NCBI GenBank assembly: GCA_002269645.1
Contig: NIVC01000186.1
Coordinates: 1 to 64,000, forward strand
Direction of reading: 5' to 3'
DNA: 64,000 nucleotides
Origin: Macrostomum lignano
Lineage: Eukaryota
In this document: piece by piece, positions 26,557 to 39,573 of the stretch
How the letters are laid out: the number at the start of each line of letters is the position of its first letter
Numbering within the stretch: the stretch's first letter is position 1
Translations under genes and position numbers: made by a program
Notes under the pieces: model-generated
Databases searched by the model: none
What the model was told of the DNA's origin: nothing
The model's input: only the letters and a program-made list of their open reading frames with translations

Positions 26557-27799
26557 TGATGCATGCCACCACTATGAGAGCCACCTGGGCCAGAGTTTCC
26601 CAAGTGCAAACCAAACCCCGTTCCACAGACAGCTATCACCAAAAACACGCACCAGTCCAATAATGCAATCCATTTTGGCAAAGACGCGTGACTGTTGTTA
26701 CCCGTGAGTTTTTAACGGGTCTAACGCTCAATAGTTGGATGCATTTGTTGACATAGATGGATGCAAAACAGTCGCAACTCACCCTTGCCTCTGTTTGTCT
26801 TTGCATTCTTGTCCAACACGCCGGGATCAGATGACTCCCGCAGCTGATTGGGATGGCCAAGTGGGGCTGAAGGGCTGGTCCTTTTGTCCATTACTTTCTG
26901 CTAATCGATATCATAAGCCCCCTCCCCATCGGCTCTCCATCAGCTCAGCGGCAGCTGCAGCCGGCAGCCTGCCGCTTCTCAACCCCCGCACTCCCGCAGC
27001 CCGGAGGAGCCGCGTTGGTGTCATTAAATTTCGCTTGTTTTACGAGAAGGCATAAAATATTTCATGACGCTGTTGGCAAGAGCCCTGCGTGTGCGTTCCC
27101 CATACAGATAGACAAATTTTGAGTAGGTTGGGGACCCGCACATTTTGCTGGCTCAATTTCGTGTTGTGGCCCCCCGCGCTTATCCAGACACTGACCTGCA
27201 TCAAAAATGAACTCTATGCGTAGGTATTTTCTGTGCTTTCTGTGCGTTCGGTAGAGCCAAGATTTCTACGTTGGGTCGGGCTGGATTACTTTTGTACTAG
27301 TAGAAGTATATTGCAGTTAATGCCTTTTAAGTTTCACAAAAGATAGTGTTAAACTTTTTTAAGCCTATACTTTTTTCTCGTTGGGATATTTTTCTCCTTT
27401 GGGAAGCGTACACTGCAGAGCAATGGCTGAGTTTGGACTGGGCCAGGGCCTCAGCTCCTCATTAAAACTGCATTTGCAGACCTTAATCAAATGCTGGCCC
27501 AGTCGCGGGCCCGCCTACCGCAATGTCTACCGGTAATACCAAAAATGAAAAGTACTCTAAATAAAAATTTGGCAAAGACAAAACTACCTACTGAGAGGGT
27601 GCGTGTGCCCTCTCCTTAAGCCTTCTGAATCCTCTCTACTCGTATATTGCCGTGAAAAGTTTTATTATATCTTTCGATTGTGTAATCTGAACACAGAACG
27701 TTCACTTACCAGCTATCATTTAAGTGTCTATGTACTGAGTGTATATATACATGTCTATGAATTCAAAATTTAAGATATTTTTCTTGATATTCAACCATA

Positions 27800-28469
27800 C
27801 CCAAGATACGTTTGCCGACGTACGAGTAATTGGAGCTTTTGTCTATGGTAGCAAGGCTGTGCGGCATGTGATTTGGTCCAACAAGCATCAATTTGGTCCG
27901 AACGCTCGTGAGCCATTCGTGAAATTCTTGCCCTCTCGCAACCGTCTGCAGGTTGTTGCATACCTCTGGAATGTCAGTGTGTCTATCAAAAATTTTCAGT
28001 CGCTTTTCCAGAGCTCTGCTCATAGTCGAAGTCTGATAACCAACTGGAACTGTTCCTTCAACTTCTGCTGCAATTTCTGCAACTTCAACAGAGGGTTCGT
28101 CTCAACTGCATCGAGTAGCAGTTGAATCTGAGCCTCGCGAGCAACTTGCCTTGGCGATTGCCACCCTTTCGCAGGCGATCTCTGCCGGCAGTGGTTTCAA
28201 CGCTCTGATAGATGCTGTAAACCATCTTTTTTTCTACATTCAGCAACCTTGCAATGTCCTTTGGGTGTTCACCTCTGTCGAGTGCTTCGATCACAAGCCA
28301 ATAGCATTCGTTCGACAGCCCAGCACATGGTCCACAATTCTGGGGCTGAGTTGCAAATGAAGCTATGGACCAAATTGATGCCTGTTGGACCAAATCAAAT
28401 GCCGCTGTGCCAGCCTTGCTACCATAGACAAAAGCTCCGTTACGTTGGCAAACGTACATGTATCTGGGA
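27800..28469 (-). mobile_element. Internally deleted Tc1/IS630-like DNA transposon with ~100-bp TIRs
   Basis: TIRs at ~27800-27900 and ~28367-28469 include a perfect 28-bp match GGAGCTTTTGTCTATGGTAGCAAGGCTG. The interior encodes an HTH remnant (IEALDRGEHPKDIARLLNVEKKMVYSIY..GGNRQGKL..MSRALEKRL..PEVCNNLQTVARGQEFHEW) and no DDE domain. TA precedes the left end. Confidence 0.8.
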
Positions 28470-29139
28470 CTCCCGACTCCCAACGGCCAGTTTGACTAAC
28501 GTAGAAGGCTCAGTCAATTGTGGTCAATTTCACAGCCGAATCTTGACTGAGCACAAACGCAAACTTGAGAATGCTTTCAAAAACTCACGAATCGAGAGTG
28601 GCTGGCTCGGCTGTCCAGGCTCCAGAGCAGCTGCAGAGCAGAAGCAGTGGCGGCAGCAGGCCGATCAAGCCAACTAACCGAGACATCAATTTCTGCGTCG
28701 AAAGCAGCTCAGTCTGTCATTCTCACTCGACTGTCCCTGAGTTCTTTGTTCAATCTCTCGCGATTGAAAGAGCAATATGGGGTTCGATTTTTTTTGAAGT
28801 GGAGAGAAAAAATCGGTGACAGATTTGAGTTGCTGTTTGACTCTGCTCTCAGTAGCAGTGACAATTTCGTGGTGTATATATAGCATCACGCATGAGAAGT
28901 ACCCGCCATTTCATTAACGAATTCTTGAAAGCGCTCTGAACCAATGGCATTGCTTTGGACTTCGCTGCATCTTAGCCAGCCACTTAAAACCCGCGGCACC
29001 CTTCCCAGCCTCTCCCATGCATCTTGGCGTTAGCAGTCCCAGGCCTCTGCTTTGTCTGAGTTTTATTAACTGAGCCAATAATATTAATTGGAAAAAATTC
29101 CGCGTACACTACAGGCTGACACAATGAAGATTAGCAGGT

Positions 29140-29425
29140 TCACTGAAAGAAGACCCACTGAAAGAAGACCCACTGAAAGAAGACTCACTGAAAGAGGACT
29201 CACTGAAAGAGGACTCACTGAAAGAAGACCCACTGAAAGAAGACCCACTAAAAGAAGACCCACTGAAAGAGGACTCACTGAAAGAGGACTCACTGAAAGA
29301 GGACTCACTGAAAGAGGACTCACTGAAAGAAGACCCACTGAAAGAAGACTCACTGAAAGAAGACCCACTGAAAGAAGACCCACTGAAAGAAGACCCACTG
29401 AAAGAAGACCCACTGAAAGAAGACT
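29140..29425. repeat. 15-bp minisatellite (CACTGAAAGAAGACC)
   Basis: Direct inspection. Confidence 0.95.
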
Positions 29426-30185
29426 CAGGAATGAAGACATAATTTTAACCAAAGCTTTGTTTCAATATTTAATGTTGAATTACAGATTCAAGTCAGTGAG
29501 TGACACAGAAAAACCGCATGAGACAAAAAAGTTTCGAGGCCGATGCAAATGGCTGTTGAGATTAGCCTGAGGGCTGATCACCCTGGAACTCTCCAAACTC
29601 AGGAGTCATCTATTCTGTAGAATAGTGCAGATTTATTGAAAGCATTCAACTTGTCAAGTTTCTTCCCCAACCTCTATTTGAGTTGAAAAGGCCGAGAGAG
29701 GAGAGGAGCAGCAGGGAATATTAAGATGCGTCTGTCGTGAAACGCGCTATGAAATCAGCAGGGAAGCTCCGAAGTCAATCACTGATTCCCGTCTTCCCCA
29801 CCCGGCATTGAAATGCGGATGTGGCCAATCTCTTTCACACATGGGCCAATTTTTGGCTTGGGAAATAATCTATCACAAATTTGGCAACCGGAGAGGAGAA
29901 GGAGAAGCCGGCGGGAGGGCGCTCTCGGAGCTGCTCCAGTGATGGAGCGGCCGGCAGCAATCTGCATACGGAGCTGTCACCGACAACAAGAAAAGTTCAA
30001 CTCAGCAATGCTGTGTATTGGGTTTGGGCATCTTACATATCCAGCTGCTACTGTTAGTAGCTTGTTTACAAATTCTGCACCTTTGCTAAAAGCGAACCTA
30101 TCCAGCTCAACACGCTTACTTCACATAAGTGGCCCATCATCCGACTGTCCCCGACTGTTTTTCTGTTTTAGTGTCTTAGTGTCTT

Positions 30186-30219
30186 AGTGTCTATCTGTCT
30201 GTCTGTCTGTCTGTCTGTG

Positions 30220-30262
<43 letters not shown>

Positions 30263-30263
30263 G

Positions 30264-30318
<55 letters not shown>

Positions 30319-30355
30319 GTGTCTGTCTGTCTGTTTGTGTGTCTGTGTGTCTGTG

Positions 30356-30392
<37 letters not shown>

Positions 30393-30455
30393 TTCTGTCT
30401 GTCTGTCTGTGTGTCTGTCTGTGTGTCTGTCTGTCTGTCTGTGTGTCTGTCTGTG

Positions 30456-30494
<39 letters not shown>

Positions 30495-30511
30495 GTGTCT
30501 GTGTGTCTGTG

Positions 30512-30548
<37 letters not shown>

Positions 30549-30615
30549 TTCTGTCTGTCTGTCTGTGTGTGTGTCTGTCTGTCTGTCTGACTGTCTGTCT
30601 GTCTGTCTGTCTGTG

Positions 30616-30662
<47 letters not shown>

Positions 30663-30718
30663 GTGTCTGTGTGTCTGTCTGTCTATCTGTCTTGTTGTAT
30701 GTTTGTCTGTCTGTCTGT
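30186..30718. repeat. (CTGT)n microsatellite
   Basis: Direct inspection. Confidence 0.97.
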
Positions 30719-33170
30719 CAGGCTGTCAAACTGTCGAGTAAATAATCCTCGTCACTGTAACGCCTGTTTTAATTGCTACCCCTCTGCTCAGAACAACAGC
30801 ACACCATGACACATCACGCCGTAAGGATACAAAGGGCTCGCCTTAGGGCCCTGAGCGTTAATGCAGCAGGTGCGCCGGGTGCGCGCCTGCTTTTGCAAGT
30901 AGTGCGCAGAACCTTTTTCATTTGTTGGTCTTAAAGGAAGTTTTACCCTGTGACAAGAAGTTTTAATTGATCCTCTCTGCGCTATTTTCCTTTTTTACGA
31001 GTACAAGACCCTGTTGGCCAGTAAAATTTTTAAACCTGCATCTGACCCTTAGATTGAACTGATTTCAGCATCTGAGGCACAGATTCTCCGTAGGGGAATT
31101 ACAATTGTTATGGATGTCCATTGGATAGTAGTTACACTGGATGCACCTAAAATTTTTCATCCTTATTCTGCTTCTCTCCAGCCCGCGCCACTTTTCCCTC
31201 TCCCCCAAAGTTTGTTTCTAGTTCGAATACACCCTGACTGACCTAAATAAACAGCAGAGACGCAGAAATGAACCGCCTGTTCCGCTTGGAGAGGAGAAAA
31301 GACAACAGCCACTGCTGGCCGGTCCTATCGACGGCAGATCGACACCGCGTGCTAGGAAGACGTGTTGCCATTCTGTTGGCCTTTATAAAAGCAAAGCTTT
31401 GGCTGATAAAATCATGGCGCTCTGCGTCTGGAATTCGGAGAGGGAAACTTTTCATTAAAATTCTGTTTTCGTAGATCTACTGAGGCTAAAAGCAGAAGTC
31501 CAGGCTTAATTACAGTTACACATGCTTCAATACGGACAAACTTGTTGCTTTTAACATCCTAAATTGATCTTGTTCCTATGAAAAGCTATGAAGCAATCAT
31601 CCATATCGTAGGTCTAGAGCTCCATGGCATCCGTGCACAGGCTAGCAGGACAGAGGGACAGAGATGCGGAGAATCGAGATCTTCCCAGCAGGTGACGCGC
31701 GGGTATAAGGAAGATTCGGACGAATCCAACCACCAAACCGTTCTCCAGAAAGTCCCAATGTTGTCACGGAAGACAAAATCTCGGCATCAATTCCTGCATG
31801 CATACATGCAGTTTGGTCGACGTTCTTCTGTTTTTGTTTCAACATTTGGCTTTGATCAAGAGCGGTGAATCGAATGCGACAGCAATACAGAGCCAACTTC
31901 GCCGGAATTCTTTTCTTTAGGAGATCTTATACTGAAATATTCAATAGTTTTACTTTGCTTTGTTGAGTTAAGAGATAAAACAATCTTTATTTTCGAATCA
32001 AAAAGCTTAATAAAGCTTTCATTGACTCTTTCATGTGATTTCATGTGCATACGTGACGGCTTGGGTTCTTGTACATCGTTTAGTGTTTCGTCGTTTTGAA
32101 AGTCTTAGCAAATGAATTATTAGTTTAGTTGTAAAAAAGTGTTAAAGACAAAATGATGTTCAAAAATTGTTTTAAAATTTTATTCACTTTCAATACAGTT
32201 GCAAACTTGCGCTAATAAACTGTGTTAAAGAGATTAATTGAGTCCTGTGCGCATTGATTACGAGTTAGCCGAAAAGTTAAGTCGTTTTAGGATAAAAACT
32301 GTGTTTTGCACAGAAAAATAGGAGAAATAGAAAGCGAAAACGAACATACGGTAAACCTTCAGTGACAAATCATTACAAGCAGCGGGACTTTTTGGGCTAC
32401 AAATAACGAGATCTTGGATCGTAGCCCTTCGGTGATAAAATTCACGAAAATCGATTGATGGGAGTTTTAAGATTTTTCTCGGTGCTAATTATCGGTGGCC
32501 AGATTGATCAGCCTGCAAAAACGTCGTGAATGTACAATTTCAATGTGCACTTTGTCAATGCAAAGTCATGCGTACATCAATGAATAACATGGCAGGATAA
32601 ATTTAAGTTACTTCATTATGTGCAAACTCAGTACAATCAATTATCAGAGAATTACAAGCTTAAAAGGGTAGGAAAATAAATAAGAAAATACGCAAAAAGC
32701 AGTAGTTCGATGTCGATATGAATCAACTATGAAGCAAGATTATATTCATAGTTATCACACTCGATTCAGATTCGTCCGGCTTGCTTCTAGTTTCTTTAAT
32801 AAAGCTATAATTCGATACCGGAGGTAAAACGGATGAATATCAACACTTCATCCGATCGGTTTATAATCATAAAACTTTTACATCGATTAGAACCTGATGT
32901 TCGTGAATTCAAGCTAAAAAGCTGGTACAAAAAAAACAAATAGTTCTGTCCGTTTCAACCAAAGCTGATCAAACATGATTCAAACTAATTGAGTTTAGTA
33001 TAGTTCGTAGGTCAGGCAGTCGATGATCCAAACAAAAACGAGATTTTTCAGAGGAAAAGAGCGGAGCAAACGTTGGAGTAAAACGTAATTTTGTTCGATT
33101 TCTACTGGCTGGGTACGGGCTATTAGTATGCGGATCGTTATTCCTGACTTGGTCTCCAGTTGGAGCGGAA

Positions 33171-36100
33171 TCAGTTGTTCTGCTCGTCAAACCACCGCCG
33201 CACAACGTGCAGATTGGAGTTCATCCAGTGAATGTTGATTCTGACGCTCTCCAGAGATTGCTCCATAGTACGTTGCACCGCCGTTAGCTTGTCCTGATTC
33301 TTAGCTCTGAACTCCTCCATCTCCATCAGACGAATCGGGGTGTTAAACTCGCCGAGAAGATACACGAAGTAGGCGGTGGCGAACGAGTTCGGCACCCGTT
33401 CAACGATGACGTCCCAATTGTTGCGCATATAGTCCCACACTATCTGCAGGCCGTTGGAATTGGCAGATACAACGCTGAATACAGACGCCGCGTCCTGGCT
33501 ACGAATTTTGCTTTTGTCCAGCGCGTAGTCCAAATAGCGGTTAAGCAGCCAAGGCTGGTGTGTGCATGCTAGAGCTCTCAGGATGTCATTGTGAAGGCCT
33601 GGGTGCACCTCTACCTGACTGCGCTGGTACAATACGTCCCAGTGCTCTGCAGACGTAGAGGAGGCGACGCCTTCGCATAGAACAGCCCGGCGCACATCTG
33701 GCGGCAGGTGGACACTGTAGTTTTTGCTGGCGAATTGTTCGAAAAGGCGGAGGGCATCGCGTCGACAAGCAGACACGCCGTACTGGCAGGCAAAGCTGGA
33801 TATGAGCGCTCGTCGCAGCCGGCGCAGATGAGAATCGCCACGAGCCGTTTCGATGCCCAGATCAGCGTAGGCTGGAGCCAGCAGGCGGCGCATGTGAGCA
33901 CTAAACGGGCCGTAGACGGCTGAGCTACGGTGCAGCATTGAGTGTAGCAGGGAGAGTTTTGACATTGCGGCCCGCCAAGGGACATAGTGCGATTCCTTAA
34001 GTAGGTAGCGGGTCATGTTTAGGGGTACGCTGTAGTCAACTAGACCGGCAGCAGCCAGACTGAAACTGTCATCAAGCAGTCTGGCGCGATCCTGCGGTGT
34101 GAACACCGTGTGATCAGCCATCAACTGTGCGATAATGACGCGCCAGTTCTCGCGATCATAGTTGACGCGATAGAAGCCTGCAGAGCGCAGATTCAATAGG
34201 TACCACTCGCCTGGAGTGAGAGATCCAACTGGAAAAGCCTGTGACTTGATTCGCATCCATTGTACCAGGCTGGAGACATCCTCAAGACCGGCAGCAGCAG
34301 AAGCGTTCGACTGCGTTACCATAGTGACTGGGATGATCCATGTGTAGTTGTATTCAGATACGAACCTGGATGTTTGAAGGGTTACACGTTCTAATTCAGT
34401 TGGTTAACTTCAGTATATTTCAGTATACTAGTTCTCTAGTTTAAAATTTTGTATTAAATGTACTTTGCAAGCGCACTTGATTTGAATAGCACATACTTGG
34501 GATCCGGTTTCTGGCTGGGGTCGCTTAGGAAATGGCTTTGCTCCAACCGAATGCTTCCGGCCTCGCGGGAACAGGTCAGCACTGGGTGGCCCATTTGCTT
34601 AATCCAACGGTCCATGACCTCAGCTACGTCCAAACCAGTGCGGCCGTCGGCTTGTGCCTCCCTAGTGAGGCTGTCGTACAGCGATGTGTGAAAGGTGCTT
34701 GAATAGCTGTTCTGCTTCAGGTAGTTCCCAATGGCGCGGCGGAACACCCGATCGCCAACAAAAGAGTACAGCATGCGCAGCACAGCCGCACCTTTTCTAT
34801 AAGTAATTGTGTCGAAGATCTCAGTAATTTGACCGGGATTTTGCACTTCCATGTAGATCGGATGGCTGGAGCCCTTGGAGTCGGAATAGAAAGCTACCAT
34901 CTGCGTCTCCACTACAAATTGAGCGTCAATGTCCCAATCGGGATGAAGTTGTCTTACACCCAATATTTGCGTAAAAGTGGCAAAGCCTTCGTTCAGCCAG
35001 ATGTCGTCCCACCACTGTGGCGTAACCAAGTTGCCAAACCACATGTGCGCCACCTCATGCGAGATCACGTTGCCAATATTCTGCAAGCTGGACGTTGTGT
35101 CCTTTTTGGGATCAAAGAGCAGGCGGCTCTCACGGTACGTGATCAGGCCCCAGTTCTCCATGCCGCCGGCGATGAAATCAGGAATCGCAGCTGGTCTGTT
35201 TTGTTCAGAGGGAATGGTACTTCAAAATACCCTTCGAAGAACTGGGTGATGTTCTTGACTGCGGTCAAAGCATAATCGGCAATACCGACAAGTTCTGGTC
35301 GGGCCCAAGTTCGGTAGAGACGCCCTCGAGAGTCTCTGTCTTGTTTGTACTCAAACTGGGATACTACAAATGCTAGTAGATAGGTAGACATAATTGGGGT
35401 AGTTTCAAACTTTTCTTCGACCCAATCTTGCCGAGGGTCAGCGTTGGGAAACCACCTTGCTGGCTGTGACAGAGGCCGAACCGACTGCTGTTGCATGTTA
35501 GATATGGCTAGAAAGTCTCTCCGATGCACTAGTCTGACGTCAAATCGAGCCTTGAAGGCGGGCTCGTCAAAGCAAGGAAAAGTTTTCCTCGCATCCGTCG
35601 GCTGTAGCTGACTCGCCACTAGATAATGCTTTCGACCATCCTGGGTGTACACGCTTAGGTAAAGGCCGCGAAGGTCGAGCAGCAGTGGTTTTCGGAAGTC
35701 CAAGATCTCAATACGGTACTGTTTTCCCGGCTGAACAGGAGAGGCTAGTTTGAGTAGATACCATTGGCTGGGTAATGAATACTCAATATCGGTCAGTGGA
35801 AGTACAGCGTTGTCTTCAACTGTGACGATTCGTACAGTCTCACGCGAGAGTGCGATCCTGTCAGCATGCAGGTGGATGACACTTGTAGCGTTCATAGCCT
35901 TGATGGTAATGTTGACGCTGCCTGAAAAGTAAAAGGCGCTTTCATTGTCGTCGTAGATGTAAGGCGCCAACGTCAGCTCATAGTGTAGTGGCAGGACGTC
36001 CGTTGGCAAGCGAAGATCTTCGCCATTGGTATCGCCGGCTTTAGAGGATCTAGAGGACGCGCTATCGGTCACCCCAACCGACGAATCGTTGGAATTGGGT

Positions 36101-36366
36101 AGCCCGACGCCCGCTCCACCACTGCAGGTGACTCCAGTGGCGGCGAAAAAAGTGGCTAGAATAGCGGCTAGGATGGCGCATACCAGAAGAATGCTAATGA
36201 TAACTACCACTGGAAAGCTGACGTAGAAGCCACGCTTTATCGGTGGCTGTGCCTGTTGTTGTTGGTGGTTCTCGTGTAGACCTTCTGTACCAGCAGCGTT
36301 CGCGCCGTCTAGATGGACAACGTTGTTTCCGTCCGATGACGGTACATATCGAGCGTAGCCACCCAT
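33171..36366 (-). CDS. ANPEP: M1-family membrane zinc aminopeptidase (aminopeptidase N-like), 2 coding exons, one -1 nt frameshift near 35190
   Basis: Type II anchor VVIISILLVCAILAAILATFF; RLPTDVLPLHYEL; QLQPTDARKTFPCFDEP; G-G-MEN; HEVAH-18-E (HEVAHMWFGNLVTPQWWDDIWLNEGFA); YRKGAAVLRML; ERAP1-C-like tail. Exons 34497-36366 and 33171-34365, with a 131-nt phase-2 GT-AG intron. The symbol is family-level. Confidence 0.93.
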
Positions 36367-39300
36367 TTTGTTTTGAGTCTTTTCCGTCGCACTTTGCTGT
36401 AAGAGTAATAATGCAATAATGGTGAAGCCAAGTCGAGGCGCTGTCTAAGAGGGAGGAAATTATTTCTGCTAGACGATGGATGAAAAACCACTTATAGGTA
36501 ATCAGTGTAGGGTTCAGTGTCGAGCTCCCACTGGACGCGGCTTCAAGTGGAAAGAGCAGTGCAAGCACAAAGTTCGCTGCATCTAATCTGCTACCACGCG
36601 CCCCAGCCAATGCCTTGCCAGTCCAATCCTGATTGGCTACTGCCAGGATGTCCTTCTACCCGGACCAGAGGGAGCCGAGTGAGCTCTGGGACAAGGGGAG
36701 GAAGGAATATTAATCGAGGGGTTGCTGCAGAAACCCGAATCCTGGACCCATAGGGAGCTGCATCCGATCTTATGATGCGGCGAGGGGCCTACGTGGCGTC
36801 GCCACTCGCCCTGCCCTAGGCGCTATAGTGTCAATGCCTGAGGGGGTTGGGAAAGCTAATTTCGATTTCGTTCCTCGGTCACTGCCTTCCAGCTTCCAGA
36901 CCCTGGCTCGATCTATTAGGACAGCACTGGTGCTGTGTAAATGGTTGACAGTTAGTCTAGCGTTCGCCTTTCAGGCCCAAGCGCCTCCAACTGGGCGCAG
37001 CGGCAAACAACACACATGCATGCACACACCTTGTCAGTCGACAATTGAAGTTGGCGCAAACCAATTTTCTTCTAGCGGCGCAGCAGACAGATTCCATGAA
37101 AAGTTTTCTTCGCAATCCCCTCCAATCTCTCTATCCAATGCTTTCTCGCCCCGAAACGAATTGTGAAGCAATGCCTGTACGAGCCCCTGGGCAAAACTAC
37201 TAGCTAGGGAGAAAAGAAAAGAGAGCCCAACGAATCAATCAATAGGCATCGATCTGTCGCACTTGCTGTTGTCTCCACAGCCCTTTCTGGGCCTCAGAGA
37301 GCTTATCACTCTCCTCGTGGCTCCTCTTTCGTCTTTTTCCACTTAAGGCTATCTAGTCAACTATTGACCGCACAAGGAGAGTAGAAGTGATAGAGATTGA
37401 GTTTCTGACTATAGCGGCTCCCCAGCTCCTCCGCTCTAGTTGATTTTCGCTCTCCAACACACTGATTTTTCGGCTTGAATGGCCATGCGTCGAAAAATTA
37501 GGTGATGAAAAGTAGCGGAATGCAGCCAGCCAACCGACATGCATGCTTTTCTGAGACTTCACAGACGCTCAACCCAGTTTAGAAAGTGCTTGTACGAACT
37601 ACTTTGGGGTGGCACGACGGTACAAAATCACGGACTACTTAAGTGGTCCTTGTACAAAATACGAATTTTCTGACAGCGATTGTCGGTCAAATCCTACGAA
37701 AAAATCTCTGGGTCTGAGCTATTTATGAAGTTTGATTTTTGGTACTAGGCCAGGATCAAATGACTCCATGACAGCTCCTGAGCAGGTGACGTTGGATATA
37801 ATTGCTGCGAAAAAGTGCAGGCCTAATCTGCAGCAGACGAAACAGATGTATGTAGTTGCCTCGCCATATGCATTACTATATAGTGAGTAGATTCTCATAT
37901 TTCAAAAAAGTTCGAACACTGTCTCGACCCAGGCCCCGGGGCGGGTAGAAAACTTGACACCGTCCTCCTGGATTCGTATCCCAGTTCCAACTTTTCCGAT
38001 ATATTATTTCTTGCCGGATGCACTTACTACATTTTTTCATGGGCAGATCGAGACCAGCAGCCTTCTGGAGCCAGCAGACGTTAACTTATGCTGCAGGCAC
38101 TGAACTGGTGCAAACATATATCATCCATTGGCGAGGCAGATCCCTATTTTGCCTGGCTGTCTAAACGAGCCGCTTCTCTCAAGAGGCTATTACTGAATTC
38201 TTCGTTTTTATTCTTGCGAGGGCCACTCAAAGTCAAGAAAAAATGGATGAGCTGGGCCGGTTTTCCAAGAAACAGATGAGAAGATCGTTTGGGAAACACA
38301 GCGGCCTGAGGAAATTGCTTTCATGCTAATTTGGCTAGGAATTCTGTTCAACATTTAAACCTTTTGAGATTGCATATTCTTGATTTGTTTTGTAAATTTA
38401 TATGCAAATTAATGCTTGATGCTAACAATAAAATTTAGGAAAGCATTCCATACTTTATTGGCTGTGTACTAAACCTAGTGCATGCTTCCCGGTACAATCT
38501 TCTGAGCAAGGAATGTAGAACAAGTGTGTAAAATTGATTATTTACTTTAAAAAGTCAGATAAAGTATCAGTTTGCACTTCATGTATTCTTTTCGTACTAA
38601 TGTCTACGCTCGTACCTTGAAAGCGTGTAAGAGGGTAGTTACCTAGCACCGGGCCTCTAAGCACCGCAATGGTTATGATTTAACCTTTCGGGAGAGAGTG
38701 AAGACGTTCTGAAGTTCAAAATCGAAAAATAACTTTGATGTCGCATTGGAGCTTCCTTGATTTACAGGCTGGTTTGGTAAATGTTAAATGCACATTTTGC
38801 ATAAAAATTGCACTTAATTATCCAACAAGGCTACTGATGCTTAGTAGCAGGGAATGCGCGTCGTTTTGCTTTATCAGTTAAGCAACAGTTCCAGATACAG
38901 GCCTATCGTAATCACTTCTCAATGCAGGGTCGTATCCATTCCAAAATAAATAAATTTCCAGAATTGCGATATTTTCCTGCAAATCCCGCAGCCCTGGTCA
39001 CGGCCTTTCTCGCTGTCCGAGCTGCTCAGCCAAGACTGATGCCGGCAATCCAGCCTATCAGTCCAATGGTCCAATGTGCAGCCACAGACAGATTCCTCTA
39101 TCTGTGCCACTGCCATTCTTAATTTGCAGTGACCCATAAGCTCCTCAAGAGCCGGACAGATTTTGAGTACCCTAAAGCGCTAGAGGCGACCTAGTCTGGG
39201 CTAAGCTTTTTGTCTGCACAAGAATTCAGAGGGGCGCTGCTGCTCAAGCCGGTTTCGCTGCTGCCCTGCCTACTAATATTGGATATAGGCCACTGCTTGC

Positions 39301-39573
39301 GACGGTTTCTTCTGCTTTCCACTCTATCCCGGCTCTTCCAGCTGGGCGCCTGTCCAGAGGCTTTGGCCACGTCGCTGTTTAGCGCGGAGCACGAGATCGT
39401 AAATCCCCCAAAATCCCTGGATCTGGCAGCGAGGCGCGAACAAAAAGAGTGAAGGCGCTCGATTCTCTGCTGAATTGAAAAGCAGCGACAGCCTGAGCCG
39501 GACAAGGAAATGCTCTCGTGCATTTCAAAGCTTCAAGGCTTGACAAAAACAATAGCAGACAGTGAACAATACA

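Noticed and set aside
29779-29967. Possible signal-peptide first exon of alpha2delta (RRLLLLLSGCQ)
   Set aside because: The hydrophobic core is short, no suitable donor was identified, and there is no phase-linked path to the known exons.
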